NCBI GenBank assembly: GCA_947464995.1
Contig: CANHZG010000001.1
Span: 1 to 47,317, forward strand
Reading direction: 5' to 3'
From: Comamonadaceae bacterium
GTDB taxonomy: Bacteria; Pseudomonadota; Gammaproteobacteria; Burkholderiales; Burkholderiaceae_C
DNA: 47,317 nt
Below, piece after piece: positions 1 to 8,499 of this stretch. The position numbers and the translations under genes are program-made. Position 1 is the first letter of the stretch, and each line of letters begins with the position of its first letter. The notes below the pieces were generated by a model. The model had not been told where the DNA came from. It made no database searches and saw only the letters and a program-made list of their open reading frames with translations.

Positions 1-86
1 ACTTTGACCGCGTTGGCCAAAATGTTCACGCCTTCAACCATGCGTGCGCGGGCTTCGCCGCCGAAAATTACGTCTTTTGCTGCCAT
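1..86 (-). CDS. groEL: Chaperonin GroEL, N-terminus only (runs off the window edge)
   Basis: Manual translation from ATG at 86: [29 protein letters not shown], the GroEL N-terminus. GGAG RBS just upstream; directly downstream of groES. Not in the ORF track. Confidence 0.97.
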   Translation of the reverse strand, partial: MAAKDVIFGGEARARMVEGVNILANAVK

Positions 87-165
87 TTTTAACTCCTAAA
101 TTGATTGATCAGTTGAGGACAGTGCGAGCGTGCGCTGCGCGCGTCGGTCGGTCTGTCCGGCAAAA

Positions 166-459
166 TTATTTGGTTTCAACAACCGCGAAGAGGTCGTCTT
201 CTTTCATGACGAGCAATTCGTCGCCGTCGACCTTGACGGTCTGGCCGCTGTACTTGCCAAACAAGACGCGGTCGCCGACCTTGACGGTCAATGCGGCGAG
301 TTCGCCCTTGTCGTTGCGCTTGCCGGGGCCTACGGCCAAGACTTCGCCTTGGTCAGGCTTTTCGGCGGCGTTGTCGGGGATGTAGATGCCGGAGGCGGTT
401 TTGGTTTCGCTTTCGACGCGTTTGACAATCACGCGGTCTGCCAATGGGCGCAGTTTCAT
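166..459 (-). CDS. groES: Co-chaperonin GroES (97 aa)
   Basis: [14 protein letters not shown]...[23 protein letters not shown]...[14 protein letters not shown]. Start set at ATG 459 with AGGAG RBS at 466-470. Confidence 0.98.
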   Translation of the reverse strand: MKLRPLADRVIVKRVESETKTASGIYIPDNAAEKPDQGEVLAVGPGKRNDKGELAALTVKVGDRVLFGKYSGQTVKVDGDELLVMKEDDLFAVVETK

Positions 460-542
460 AGGGATCTCCTTGGGTTTGAAACAGGTTAAAGGCCGCAAGC
501 CCCACAGAGGGCCAACAGCGGTGAGCGAGAGAGGGTGTGTTG

Positions 543-569
543 TTAGCACTCAACCCCTTCGAGTGCTGA
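543..569. promoter_or_regulatory. CIRCE element (HrcA operator)
   Basis: TTAGCACTC-aaccccttc-GAGTGCTGA: one mismatch to TTAGCACTC-N9-GAGTGCTAA, upstream of groES. Confidence 0.93.
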
Positions 570-571
570 TG

Positions 572-597
572 ATAAGGCCATTTGACCCGCTTTCAAG
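572..597 (-). promoter_or_regulatory. Sigma32 (RpoH)-like promoter of groESL
   Basis: Minus strand CTTGAAA-N13-CCTTAT versus consensus CTTGAAA-N13/15-CCCCAT, immediately upstream of CIRCE. Confidence 0.7.
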
Positions 598-1006
598 TGT
601 CGGTGCTGTTGAACTGATGTCTGTTTTTAGCGGGTTTTGAATTATTTGCAGTAGTTTTTGGACTTCTGGGTCGTTAAGTATCCTTGTAACACTATGATTT
701 AATTAGGTTTTTTCATCTATGCATACTTTTTGGGCAAAAATCCTGGGCAAAAACGTCCCGTTTTGCGTGAATGGTTTGGATTGAAGCCCATGAAACGTTG
801 GCGCTGAGGCAGATGTGACCCAGGGGGGTGCCGCTGCTATCTCGCGCCTGGCACCGCGGTCCAGCTCATCGAGCTGGATCCCAGGAAATCGGGGGGGTCA
901 ATTTGACGTCGAGGTCAACAGGCAAAATAGCCATTTTGAGGTTCAAACCTACCCGTGTATTTCGGGTGGCGTGACCCTGTTCCCTGGGATCTGAAAAGGC
1001 AGAAAC

Positions 1007-2101
1007 ATGCAAGTCAAGCAGCGACGGGGCATTTACCGTCAAATACTGTGTTCCGTATCTATATTCATTGCGCTCAACGCCTACGCAGAAACCGATAAAA
1101 AGCCCGCTGTCACGCCCAAGCCCGCCATGACGGTGACGGTGGCTCAGCCGCAATCGCAAACCCTGTCACAGCGTTTATCCGCCAATGGAACGGTGTCGGC
1201 TTGGCAGGAAGCCAGCGTCGGCGCAGAAATCGGTGGTTTGCGATTGACCGAAGTGCGGGTGAATGTCGGCGATCAAGTCAGTGCCGGGCAGGTGCTGGCG
1301 GTGTTTGCCAACGACAACGTGATAGCCGAGATGAACCAAGCCAAGGCCGCGTTAAACGAAGCCAAAGCGCTGGCCATGGAAGCCAAGGCCAATGCCGATC
1401 GTGCCCGTGCATTGGGGCCCAGCGGTGTCATCAGCGCCCAGCAATTCAACAAAGACGTGACCGCTGAAGTGACGGCGCAAGCGCGTGTCGAATCCGCGCA
1501 GGCCAACCTGGCGGTACACGAATTACGCATGAAACAAACCTTGGTGCACGCGCCTGACGGCGGTGTGATTTCGTCACGCAGTGCCAGTGTTGGTGCGGTG
1601 GTGGGTGTCGGAACCGAGTTGTTTCGCTTGATCCGTGGTAACCGGTTGGAGTGGCGCGCCGACCTGGTGTCGGCCGAGTTGTTCCGCATCAAGCCCGGGC
1701 AAAAAGTGCGTATCACAGGGCCCAATGGCAGTGAGGTGAGTGCACAAGTGCGCAGCGTGTCCCCGACCGTGGACGCGCAAAACCGCACCGGTATGGTCTA
1801 TGTCGATCTGCCTGCCTCGGCGGGCAGTGTGCTCAAGCCCGGAATGTTTGTTCGCGGTGAATTCGAATTCAGCAGTAGCGCGGCCTTGATGGTGCCGCAG
1901 CAATCGGTCGTGGTGCGTGACGGCTTTCAACAGTTGTATTTGGTCGGTACCGACCAACGCGTGAGCTTGCACAAGGTCAGTGTCGGGCGCCGCCAGGGTG
2001 ACTTGTTGGAGATTACCTCCGGCTTGCCGTCGGGTGCCAACGTGGTCGTGCGCGGCGCAGGCTTTTTGACCGCTGGTGACTTGGTGAAAGTCGTGCCATG
2101 A
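1007..2101 (+). CDS. RND efflux periplasmic adaptor (membrane fusion protein)
   Basis: N-terminal hydrophobic segment, V.VNVGDQV.AGQVL lipoyl-like half, coiled-coil hairpin, APDGGVI, LKPGMF, VPQQSVV; 4-nt overlap with the permease. Confidence 0.92.
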   Translation: MQVKQRRGIYRQILCSVSIFIALNAYAETDKKPAVTPKPAMTVTVAQPQSQTLSQRLSANGTVSAWQEASVGAEIGGLRLTEVRVNVGDQVSAGQVLAVFANDNVIAEMNQAKAALNEAKALAMEAKANADRARALGPSGVISAQQFNKDVTAEVTAQARVESAQANLAVHELRMKQTLVHAPDGGVISSRSASVGAVVGVGTELFRLIRGNRLEWRADLVSAELFRIKPGQKVRITGPNGSEVSAQVRSVSPTVDAQNRTGMVYVDLPASAGSVLKPGMFVRGEFEFSSSAALMVPQQSVVVRDGFQQLYLVGTDQRVSLHKVSVGRRQGDLLEITSGLPSGANVVVRGAGFLTAGDLVKVVP

Positions 2102-5100
2102 ACGTATCCGCTTGGTCGATACGAAATCCGGTGCCCGGTCTGGTGCTGTTTGTGTTGCTCAGTTTGGCGGGGTTGCTCACCTTCAAAAGCATGAAGGTGC
2201 AAAACTTTCCCGATCTGGATTTACCCACCGTCATTGTGAATGCGGCCTTGCCGGGCGCGGCCCCAGGACAAATGGAAACCGAGGTTGCACGCAAAATTGA
2301 AAACGCTGTGGTGTCGGTGCAAGGACTGAAAAACATTTACACCAAGGTGCAAGACGGCTCGGTGGTCATCACCTGCGAATTCCGCATTGAAAAACAGGGC
2401 CAGGAAGCACTGGACGAAATCCGTTCCGCCGTCAACGGTATACGCAGTGAATTACCGGCGAATTTGATGGAACCGGTGATCAAAAAACTCGATTTTGCAG
2501 GTACCCCGGTGCTGGCTTTCACTATTGCATCGCCGCTGTTTGACGAAGAAGGCTTGAGCTGGTTTGTGGATCAAACCGTGGTGCGGCGTTTGCTGACGGT
2601 CAAAGGTGTGGGTTCTGTGACCCGGGTCGGCGGCGTCCAGCGTGAAGTGCAAATTGCACTCGACCCGGTGCGCATGCAAGCCTTGCGTATTTCCGCCGCC
2701 GATGTGTCGCGCCAACTCAAACAAGTGCAAACCGAAAGCGCAGGCGGGCGCACCGATTTGGGTGGCAGCGAGCAGCCCCTGCGCACCATTGCCACGGTGG
2801 CTTCTGCCGCTGAACTCGCCGACATGGAGTTGTCGGTCGGCCAAGGCGGGCGCATTCGTTTACGCGATATTGCCAGCATCACCGACACCTTTGCCGAGCG
2901 CCGTGCCTCGGCCTTTTTGAACGGCAAACCGGTGGTTGGTTTTGAAGTAACCCGCAGCAGGGGTGCCAGCGAAGTCGATGTGGGCGAACGTGTGTTCAAA
3001 GCCTTGGACGAGTTAAAGGCGGCGCATCCGGATGCGCAAATCACCAACGCCTATGACTTTGTCACGCCAGTGAAGGAAGAGTTCCACGGTTCGATGGTCT
3101 TGCTCTATGAAGGCGCCTTGTTGGCGGTGATTGTGGTGTGGCTGTTTTTGCGCGACATGCGAGCCACGTTTGTGTCGGCGGTGGCCTTGCCCTTGTCGGT
3201 GTTGCCGGCCTTCATTGGCATGTGGGCTCTTGGGTTTTCCATCAACGTGGTCACCTTGCTGGCCTTGTCGCTGGTGGTCGGTATTTTGGTGGACGATGCC
3301 ATCGTCGAGGTGGAAAACATCGAACGCCATTTGTACATGGGCAAAACCCCGTTTGCTGCGGCCATGGAAGCGGCCGATGAAATCGGGCTGGCGGTGATCG
3401 CCACCACCTTCACTTTGGTGGCGGTGTTTTTGCCCACGGCTTTTATGAGTGGTATTGCAGGCAAATTTTTTGTGCAATTCGGCTGGACGGCGGCGCTGGC
3501 GGTGTTCGCCTCGCTAGTGGTGGCGCGCTTGCTCACGCCCATGATGTCGGCCTATTTGTTGAAACCCACGAACAAACCCGCGCAGGTACCGTTCTGGATG
3601 CCGACGTACATGCGCATGGTGCGTTGGTGTTTGAACCATCGCTTTTTGACCGCCCTAGGTGCCTTGGTGTTTTTTGTGGCGTCGCTCAGCCTGATCCCTT
3701 TGTTGCCTACGGGCTTTATTCCGCCAGATGACAACTCGCAGACCCAGGTGGGGCTGGAACTGCCACCGGGCACCTCACTGGCGTTCACTGAAAAAGTGGC
3801 CGAAGAGGTCCGCCAGCGCATCACCAAAGTGCCGGAGGTAAAGACCGTTTACACCACCATTGGCGGCGGTGCGGCGGGCTCAGACCCTGGCATGGCGCAG
3901 GGGGCAGCCGAAACGCGCATGGCCACCTTGACCATACAGCTGAGCAAACGCGGTGAGCGCCCGCGCAAAGGTGTGATTGAAAAGCAATTGCGCGAATTGC
4001 TATCGGACATGCCGGGCATGCGCGTACGTGTCGGCTTGGGCGCGTCCGGCGAAAAATACCTGGTGATGTTGACCGGCGACGATGCAGTCGTTTTGCAGCA
4101 ATCGGCCACGGCACTGGAGCGTGATTTGCGCGGCGTACCCGGTTTGGGCTCGGTCACCTCCAGCGCCAGTCTGGTGCGACAGGAGATCGCGGTGCGCCCG
4201 GACTTTGCGCGGGCTGCTGATCTGGGTGTGACCAGCGCCGCCATCAGCGAAACCTTGCGCATCGCCACCGTCGGTGACTATGACGTGGCCTTGCCCAAAT
4301 TGAACTTAGCGCAACGCCAGGTGCCTATCATGGTGAAGCTGGCCGACAGCGCCCGACAAGACCTGGACCTGCTGGGCAGGCTCACCCTGCCAGGTAGTCG
4401 TGGCCCGGTGCTGCTGGCCGAAGTGGCCCGTTTAGAACCCAGCGGTGGCCCGGCAGTGATCGATCGTTACAACCGTGAACGCAATATCCAGTTTCAAATC
4501 GAGTTGTCCGGGGTTGGCTTGGGCGACGCCAAAGAAGCCTTGAAAAACCTGCCGTCGGTGCAACAACTTCCCCCGGGCATTAAGTTGGTTGAAGTCGGTG
4601 ACGCGGAAATGATGGAAGAGCTGTTTGCCAGTTTTGCGCTGGCCATGCTGACCGGCATTGTTTGCATTTATCTCGTGCTGGTGTTGTTGTTCAAGAGTGT
4701 GCTGCACCCTGTCACCATTCTGGCGGCCTTGCCTTTGTCCATCGGCGGTGCATTTATTGCGTTGTTGCTCACCGGGAAAAGTTTTTCCATGCCTTCGTTG
4801 ATTGGATTGATCATGCTGATGGGGGTGGCCACCAAAAACTCTATCCTGTTGGTGGAATACGCCATCGTTGCGCAACGCGAGCGGGGCATGAACCGCTTGG
4901 ACGCCTTGTTGGATGCCTGCCAAAAGCGGGCCCGCCCGATCATCATGACCACCATTGCCATGGGCGCAGGCATGTTGCCCATCGCTGCCGGTTGGGGTGC
5001 TTCAGACGGCAGTTTTCGATCGCCCATGGCCGTGTCGGTCATTGGCGGGTTGATCACCTCCACCTTTCTCAGCTTGTTGGTGATACCGGCGGTTTATCTG

Positions 5101-5175
5101 TATGTGGATGACATCAGCCGGTTCTTTGGTGTGGGCGCCGACGCAGATTTGACCCGGGCGAAGGCTGTTGACTGA
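2098..5175 (+). CDS. RND efflux permease, AcrB/AcrD/AcrF family (1025 aa)
   Basis: NFPDLDLP, GILVDDAIVEVENI (proton-relay Asp pair), ATKNSILLVE, RARPIIMTT; typical size. Confidence 0.95.
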   Translation: MNVSAWSIRNPVPGLVLFVLLSLAGLLTFKSMKVQNFPDLDLPTVIVNAALPGAAPGQMETEVARKIENAVVSVQGLKNIYTKVQDGSVVITCEFRIEKQGQEALDEIRSAVNGIRSELPANLMEPVIKKLDFAGTPVLAFTIASPLFDEEGLSWFVDQTVVRRLLTVKGVGSVTRVGGVQREVQIALDPVRMQALRISAADVSRQLKQVQTESAGGRTDLGGSEQPLRTIATVASAAELADMELSVGQGGRIRLRDIASITDTFAERRASAFLNGKPVVGFEVTRSRGASEVDVGERVFKALDELKAAHPDAQITNAYDFVTPVKEEFHGSMVLLYEGALLAVIVVWLFLRDMRATFVSAVALPLSVLPAFIGMWALGFSINVVTLLALSLVVGILVDDAIVEVENIERHLYMGKTPFAAAMEAADEIGLAVIATTFTLVAVFLPTAFMSGIAGKFFVQFGWTAALAVFASLVVARLLTPMMSAYLLKPTNKPAQVPFWMPTYMRMVRWCLNHRFLTALGALVFFVASLSLIPLLPTGFIPPDDNSQTQVGLELPPGTSLAFTEKVAEEVRQRITKVPEVKTVYTTIGGGAAGSDPGMAQGAAETRMATLTIQLSKRGERPRKGVIEKQLRELLSDMPGMRVRVGLGASGEKYLVMLTGDDAVVLQQSATALERDLRGVPGLGSVTSSASLVRQEIAVRPDFARAADLGVTSAAISETLRIATVGDYDVALPKLNLAQRQVPIMVKLADSARQDLDLLGRLTLPGSRGPVLLAEVARLEPSGGPAVIDRYNRERNIQFQIELSGVGLGDAKEALKNLPSVQQLPPGIKLVEVGDAEMMEELFASFALAMLTGIVCIYLVLVLLFKSVLHPVTILAALPLSIGGAFIALLLTGKSFSMPSLIGLIMLMGVATKNSILLVEYAIVAQRERGMNRLDALLDACQKRARPIIMTTIAMGAGMLPIAAGWGASDGSFRSPMAVSVIGGLITSTFLSLLVIPAVYLYVDDISRFFGVGADADLTRAKAVD

Positions 5176-5328
5176 CTCCGCACTGGCGGCTGCCATCCCG
5201 CGGCCAGTAACGCGTTCAATCTTATAGCGCCGGCTCACAGAAAATCGTCACAGTCGCTCCCTGGATGAAATCGCCCACGCCATCGTGGGCCTGGTGCAGA
5301 CCTCACGCTGAACGGCGCTTACTCCCCG

Positions 5329-7326
5329 TCACAAATCGAGTGCCGGGCGCAGCTTGTGCCTGGGCAGATAACGCCAACGGCCCAGCGCCACCGCCGACAG
5401 CGCGGCGACCCCGCCGGCTGCCAACACCATGTGCCAAGGCGTTTGCCACGCGCCGTCGTAGGCGCCAAACATGCTGGCCTTGAGGCCTTGGACCACCCAG
5501 GTGATGGGCAGCCAGGGGCTCATGTTGGCAAAGAAGCTCCCACTGAGTTCCACCGGTAGCACGCCGCCCGAAGACGACAGCTGAACCGCCAGAAAAATCA
5601 TGGCCAGCGCCTTGCCAGCGTCTCCCAGTACCCGCGTGAGGGCGCACACCACGAGCAAAAAAGTCACACTTGCGGTAACCACGGTGCACGCCAGTGCCGC
5701 CGGGTTGGAAACACGGATAGCGAGAACGTAAAAAATACACAGTAATACCAGCAGGCTTTGCACTAGCACCAGGAACAATGGCAAAGCAATTTTTCCCAAC
5801 AGGCGCGCCACCGGGTGGTAGCGCGAGGCCGATGCGGGCAAGACCCGTAGGTTAATGAAAAAAGCGGCAATGCCAGCGCCCAACCACAGCGCTGCTGGAA
5901 TGACGTTGGCGGCAAATGCGCTGCCACTGTTCTCCACCACCGAAGCCATCTCCATCACCGGTTGGACCGAGTTGGCCAGCCCTTGGGCGCTGCCTTCGGG
6001 CGAGTCGACGGCGCCGGGCAGCGCGCTGGTCAGCAGCTCGGTGCCCGCGCGCAGCGCCCCGCTGGCGCTGCTGATCTTCTCGGTGGCTTGTGCCAGCGCG
6101 TTGTTGGCATGCGTTAGTTCGGCGGCGCTATCGCTCAGGGTGTCAAGTTGGGCATCTTCGGGCAGCTTGTTGACCATGGTGCGCAGGGTTTGGTTCATGC
6201 TGCGCACGCCGGTGGATAGTGCCGTGACGCCGCCGCCCAACTGGCCCGCGCCCTCGCTGAGTTTTTGGTGCCCACCAACGGCGGTTTGTAAGCCCTTGTC
6301 GAGCTGGTCCATGCCCAGTGCCGTTTGGTTGATTGCGTCGCGTATGGCAGGGCGCACCAGGATGCTGTTGTCGGCCTCGTCCTTGAAGGCCGTAATGCCG
6401 ACCGACAGCTCATGGCTGCCGTTTTGCAGGGTTTGCAAGGCTTTGTCCATTTCAAGGTGAGCGGCCACCAGCGCTTCCGCGCCCGCGTTGAGTGCCGTGA
6501 GTTCGGAGTTGCGGGGTCGGCGTGCGTCTAGGGTGCGCAAGCCAGCGCCTAATTGCTTGACGCCGGTATTGAGTTGGCTGACGCCGTCTGCCAGCCGGGC
6601 GGATTCACCGCTTAGCAACTTGGCACCTATGGCTGCTTTGGAGGTGCCACCAGTGAGCTCGGAGGCCGCTTCGTGAAGATGGATGGCACCTTCGCGCAGG
6701 CGCTCCACACTGTTTTTGGAGCCTGCCGCGTTGAGCAGCACCAAGGCCCAGCGCTGTTCGTTGAGGCTCTCGTTGACTTTGTGCCCGAGCTCAACCGCAA
6801 ACAGCTGCGCGATGTGCGCGGCTTCGTAGTTGTTGCCCTGGGAGGCAACCACCACCAGCTTGCCTGCGCCCGGTTTGGCGCCGGGCAGCGCGTTGGAGCT
6901 GAAGTCCGGCGGAATGATCAGTGCAAACTCCAGCGTGCCCTCGCGCACCAATTTGCGCGCAAGATCTGCTGAATCCAGGCGGCGGTAGCCAAAGCGCCCA
7001 GACAGCTCCAGGTTGTCGACCAATTCACTTCCCATGTTGACGTTTTGATCCCGGTAGACCAAGCCGCTGTCGAGGTTCACAAGCCCCACCTGCAAGGCAG
7101 AACTGTTGGCACCAGGGTCCCAGACGCTGGCCAGGTAAATCACCATGTAAAGGGCCGGAATCAGGGCTACTGCCAGGGCCGCCAGTGTCGGCTTCGAACT
7201 GCCGCGAAAAAATCGCGCCTCCAAGCGGGCCAGCAAACGGATTTGGCGCAGCAGGGATCCAACGCAGCTACCGCGCGCGCGACGTATCCAAGAATTTGCC
7301 ACCGCAGGGGCGTGGGTTGCAGGCAT
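5329..7326 (-). CDS. YhgE/Pip-family membrane protein with heptad-repeat stalk
   Basis: N-terminal IPALY..IYLASVWDP...VGLVNLDSG...NMGSELV..L and LIIPPDFS; central LxxGxxx heptads; C-terminal TM bundle with QLSSSGG.LP.EL...F...SPWLP.TW.V.GL. Start chosen at ATG 7326, after the upstream gene ends. Confidence 0.85.
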   Translation of the reverse strand: MPATHAPAVANSWIRRARGSCVGSLLRQIRLLARLEARFFRGSSKPTLAALAVALIPALYMVIYLASVWDPGANSSALQVGLVNLDSGLVYRDQNVNMGSELVDNLELSGRFGYRRLDSADLARKLVREGTLEFALIIPPDFSSNALPGAKPGAGKLVVVASQGNNYEAAHIAQLFAVELGHKVNESLNEQRWALVLLNAAGSKNSVERLREGAIHLHEAASELTGGTSKAAIGAKLLSGESARLADGVSQLNTGVKQLGAGLRTLDARRPRNSELTALNAGAEALVAAHLEMDKALQTLQNGSHELSVGITAFKDEADNSILVRPAIRDAINQTALGMDQLDKGLQTAVGGHQKLSEGAGQLGGGVTALSTGVRSMNQTLRTMVNKLPEDAQLDTLSDSAAELTHANNALAQATEKISSASGALRAGTELLTSALPGAVDSPEGSAQGLANSVQPVMEMASVVENSGSAFAANVIPAALWLGAGIAAFFINLRVLPASASRYHPVARLLGKIALPLFLVLVQSLLVLLCIFYVLAIRVSNPAALACTVVTASVTFLLVVCALTRVLGDAGKALAMIFLAVQLSSSGGVLPVELSGSFFANMSPWLPITWVVQGLKASMFGAYDGAWQTPWHMVLAAGGVAALSAVALGRWRYLPRHKLRPALDL

Positions 7327-7358
7327 GAACAGTTGGGGCGCGCTGGAGAGGGGCCGGT

Positions 7359-8495
7359 TCAGGCGCCAAAAAATCGCTGCAATGAGCCGACCCAGCGCCC
7401 TTGTGCGCAGTAGCCGTGCCAATGGGCAAGGGCCTGTCCCGGACCGGCGTACACCCAGTGGCTCGTGGGCGGCGTTTTGGGCCGCAGGCGCTGGGGCTCG
7501 GCCTGCATCACCGCGTGCAGGTTGCGCGCTAGGGTGCGGCTGTCCTGCTGCACAAAAAACACCTCGGGGTGGCTGGTGCTGCGCTCATACAGGTCGGTCA
7601 GCACGCCCGGGGCGTTGCCAATTTCGTGCGATGGCTGCATGTCCAGACCGCTGTTTTGCACCCAGGCCGACGTGGCGTGGGAGAGTCGCAGCAGTGGCAC
7701 ATCGCAGGCTAGACGCGCGCCGTTGGCCAGCACCACGTCGTCGCGCGTGAGGCTGGCCACGGGCTCATACAGCACGGTCACGCGTTGGGTCCGCAAAATG
7801 GCAAGCATGTGCTGGTGCATGGCCTCGGGGTAAGCGCGTTGATTCGCGTGCGGCCAGGCAATCCAGGTTACGGCAGCCGTGGGCATACGCTGGCGCACCG
7901 CCAGTGCCAGCTCAAAGCCCTCGAGGCCGTCGCCGATCACCGCAATGCGCAGTGCGCGCTGGCGCCCAAGCTCGCAGACCTTGGGCCACAGACCGACAAA
8001 GCCTTCTAGCGGCGGCACAAACAGCCCGTGCGCGCGCGCCCCGGGCATCGCTTCTTCAATCGCTTCACGCCGGGGCTGAGGACCGATATTGACGGACAGC
8101 ACGTCATAGTCGAGTACCGTTCCGTCGTCCAATAGCACGGTGCGCGAGTCGGCATCCATGGCGCGACCTTGGCGGCCGGTCCAATGCACGTCCGCGGTCT
8201 GCAGCAGCACCTCTAGGTCGGTCAAGCAGTCTTCAAAGGCCAAACCATTGGCTACGAACGGCGCCAGCTTGCGCGTCTGAAACACCTGTGCGTGCTGGGT
8301 CAGCAGCGTGATGTGGGCGTGGGGGAGCTTCTTTTTTTGCAGGGACTTTAAAAACCGCAGGTGTGCAGACCCGGCACCCCAAAGCAGCAAGCGCACAGGC
8401 CTGCGGTAGGAATGGGGCTCAGCAGAAGCGTGGGCCCTGGAAGAATCGGCGGCCTGCGTCTGGGGGCTGGGCTGCAGCTCGGGTTCAACAGTCAT
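7359..8495 (-). CDS. FAD-dependent pyridine nucleotide-disulfide oxidoreductase-like protein, degenerate paralogue of the SelD-fused domain
   Basis: LLLWGAGSAH, LDYDVLSVNIG, IAVIGDGLEGFELALA and LARNL line up by eye with the N-terminal domain of the adjacent SelD fusion. Confidence 0.75.
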   Translation of the reverse strand: MTVEPELQPSPQTQAADSSRAHASAEPHSYRRPVRLLLWGAGSAHLRFLKSLQKKKLPHAHITLLTQHAQVFQTRKLAPFVANGLAFEDCLTDLEVLLQTADVHWTGRQGRAMDADSRTVLLDDGTVLDYDVLSVNIGPQPRREAIEEAMPGARAHGLFVPPLEGFVGLWPKVCELGRQRALRIAVIGDGLEGFELALAVRQRMPTAAVTWIAWPHANQRAYPEAMHQHMLAILRTQRVTVLYEPVASLTRDDVVLANGARLACDVPLLRLSHATSAWVQNSGLDMQPSHEIGNAPGVLTDLYERSTSHPEVFFVQQDSRTLARNLHAVMQAEPQRLRPKTPPTSHWVYAGPGQALAHWHGYCAQGRWVGSLQRFFGA

Positions 8496-8499
8496 GGCC

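Noticed and set aside
228-289. 14-bp direct repeat CGACCTTGACGGTC (228-241, 276-289)
   Set aside because: Inside groES; explained by the repeated peptide TVKV(G/D).
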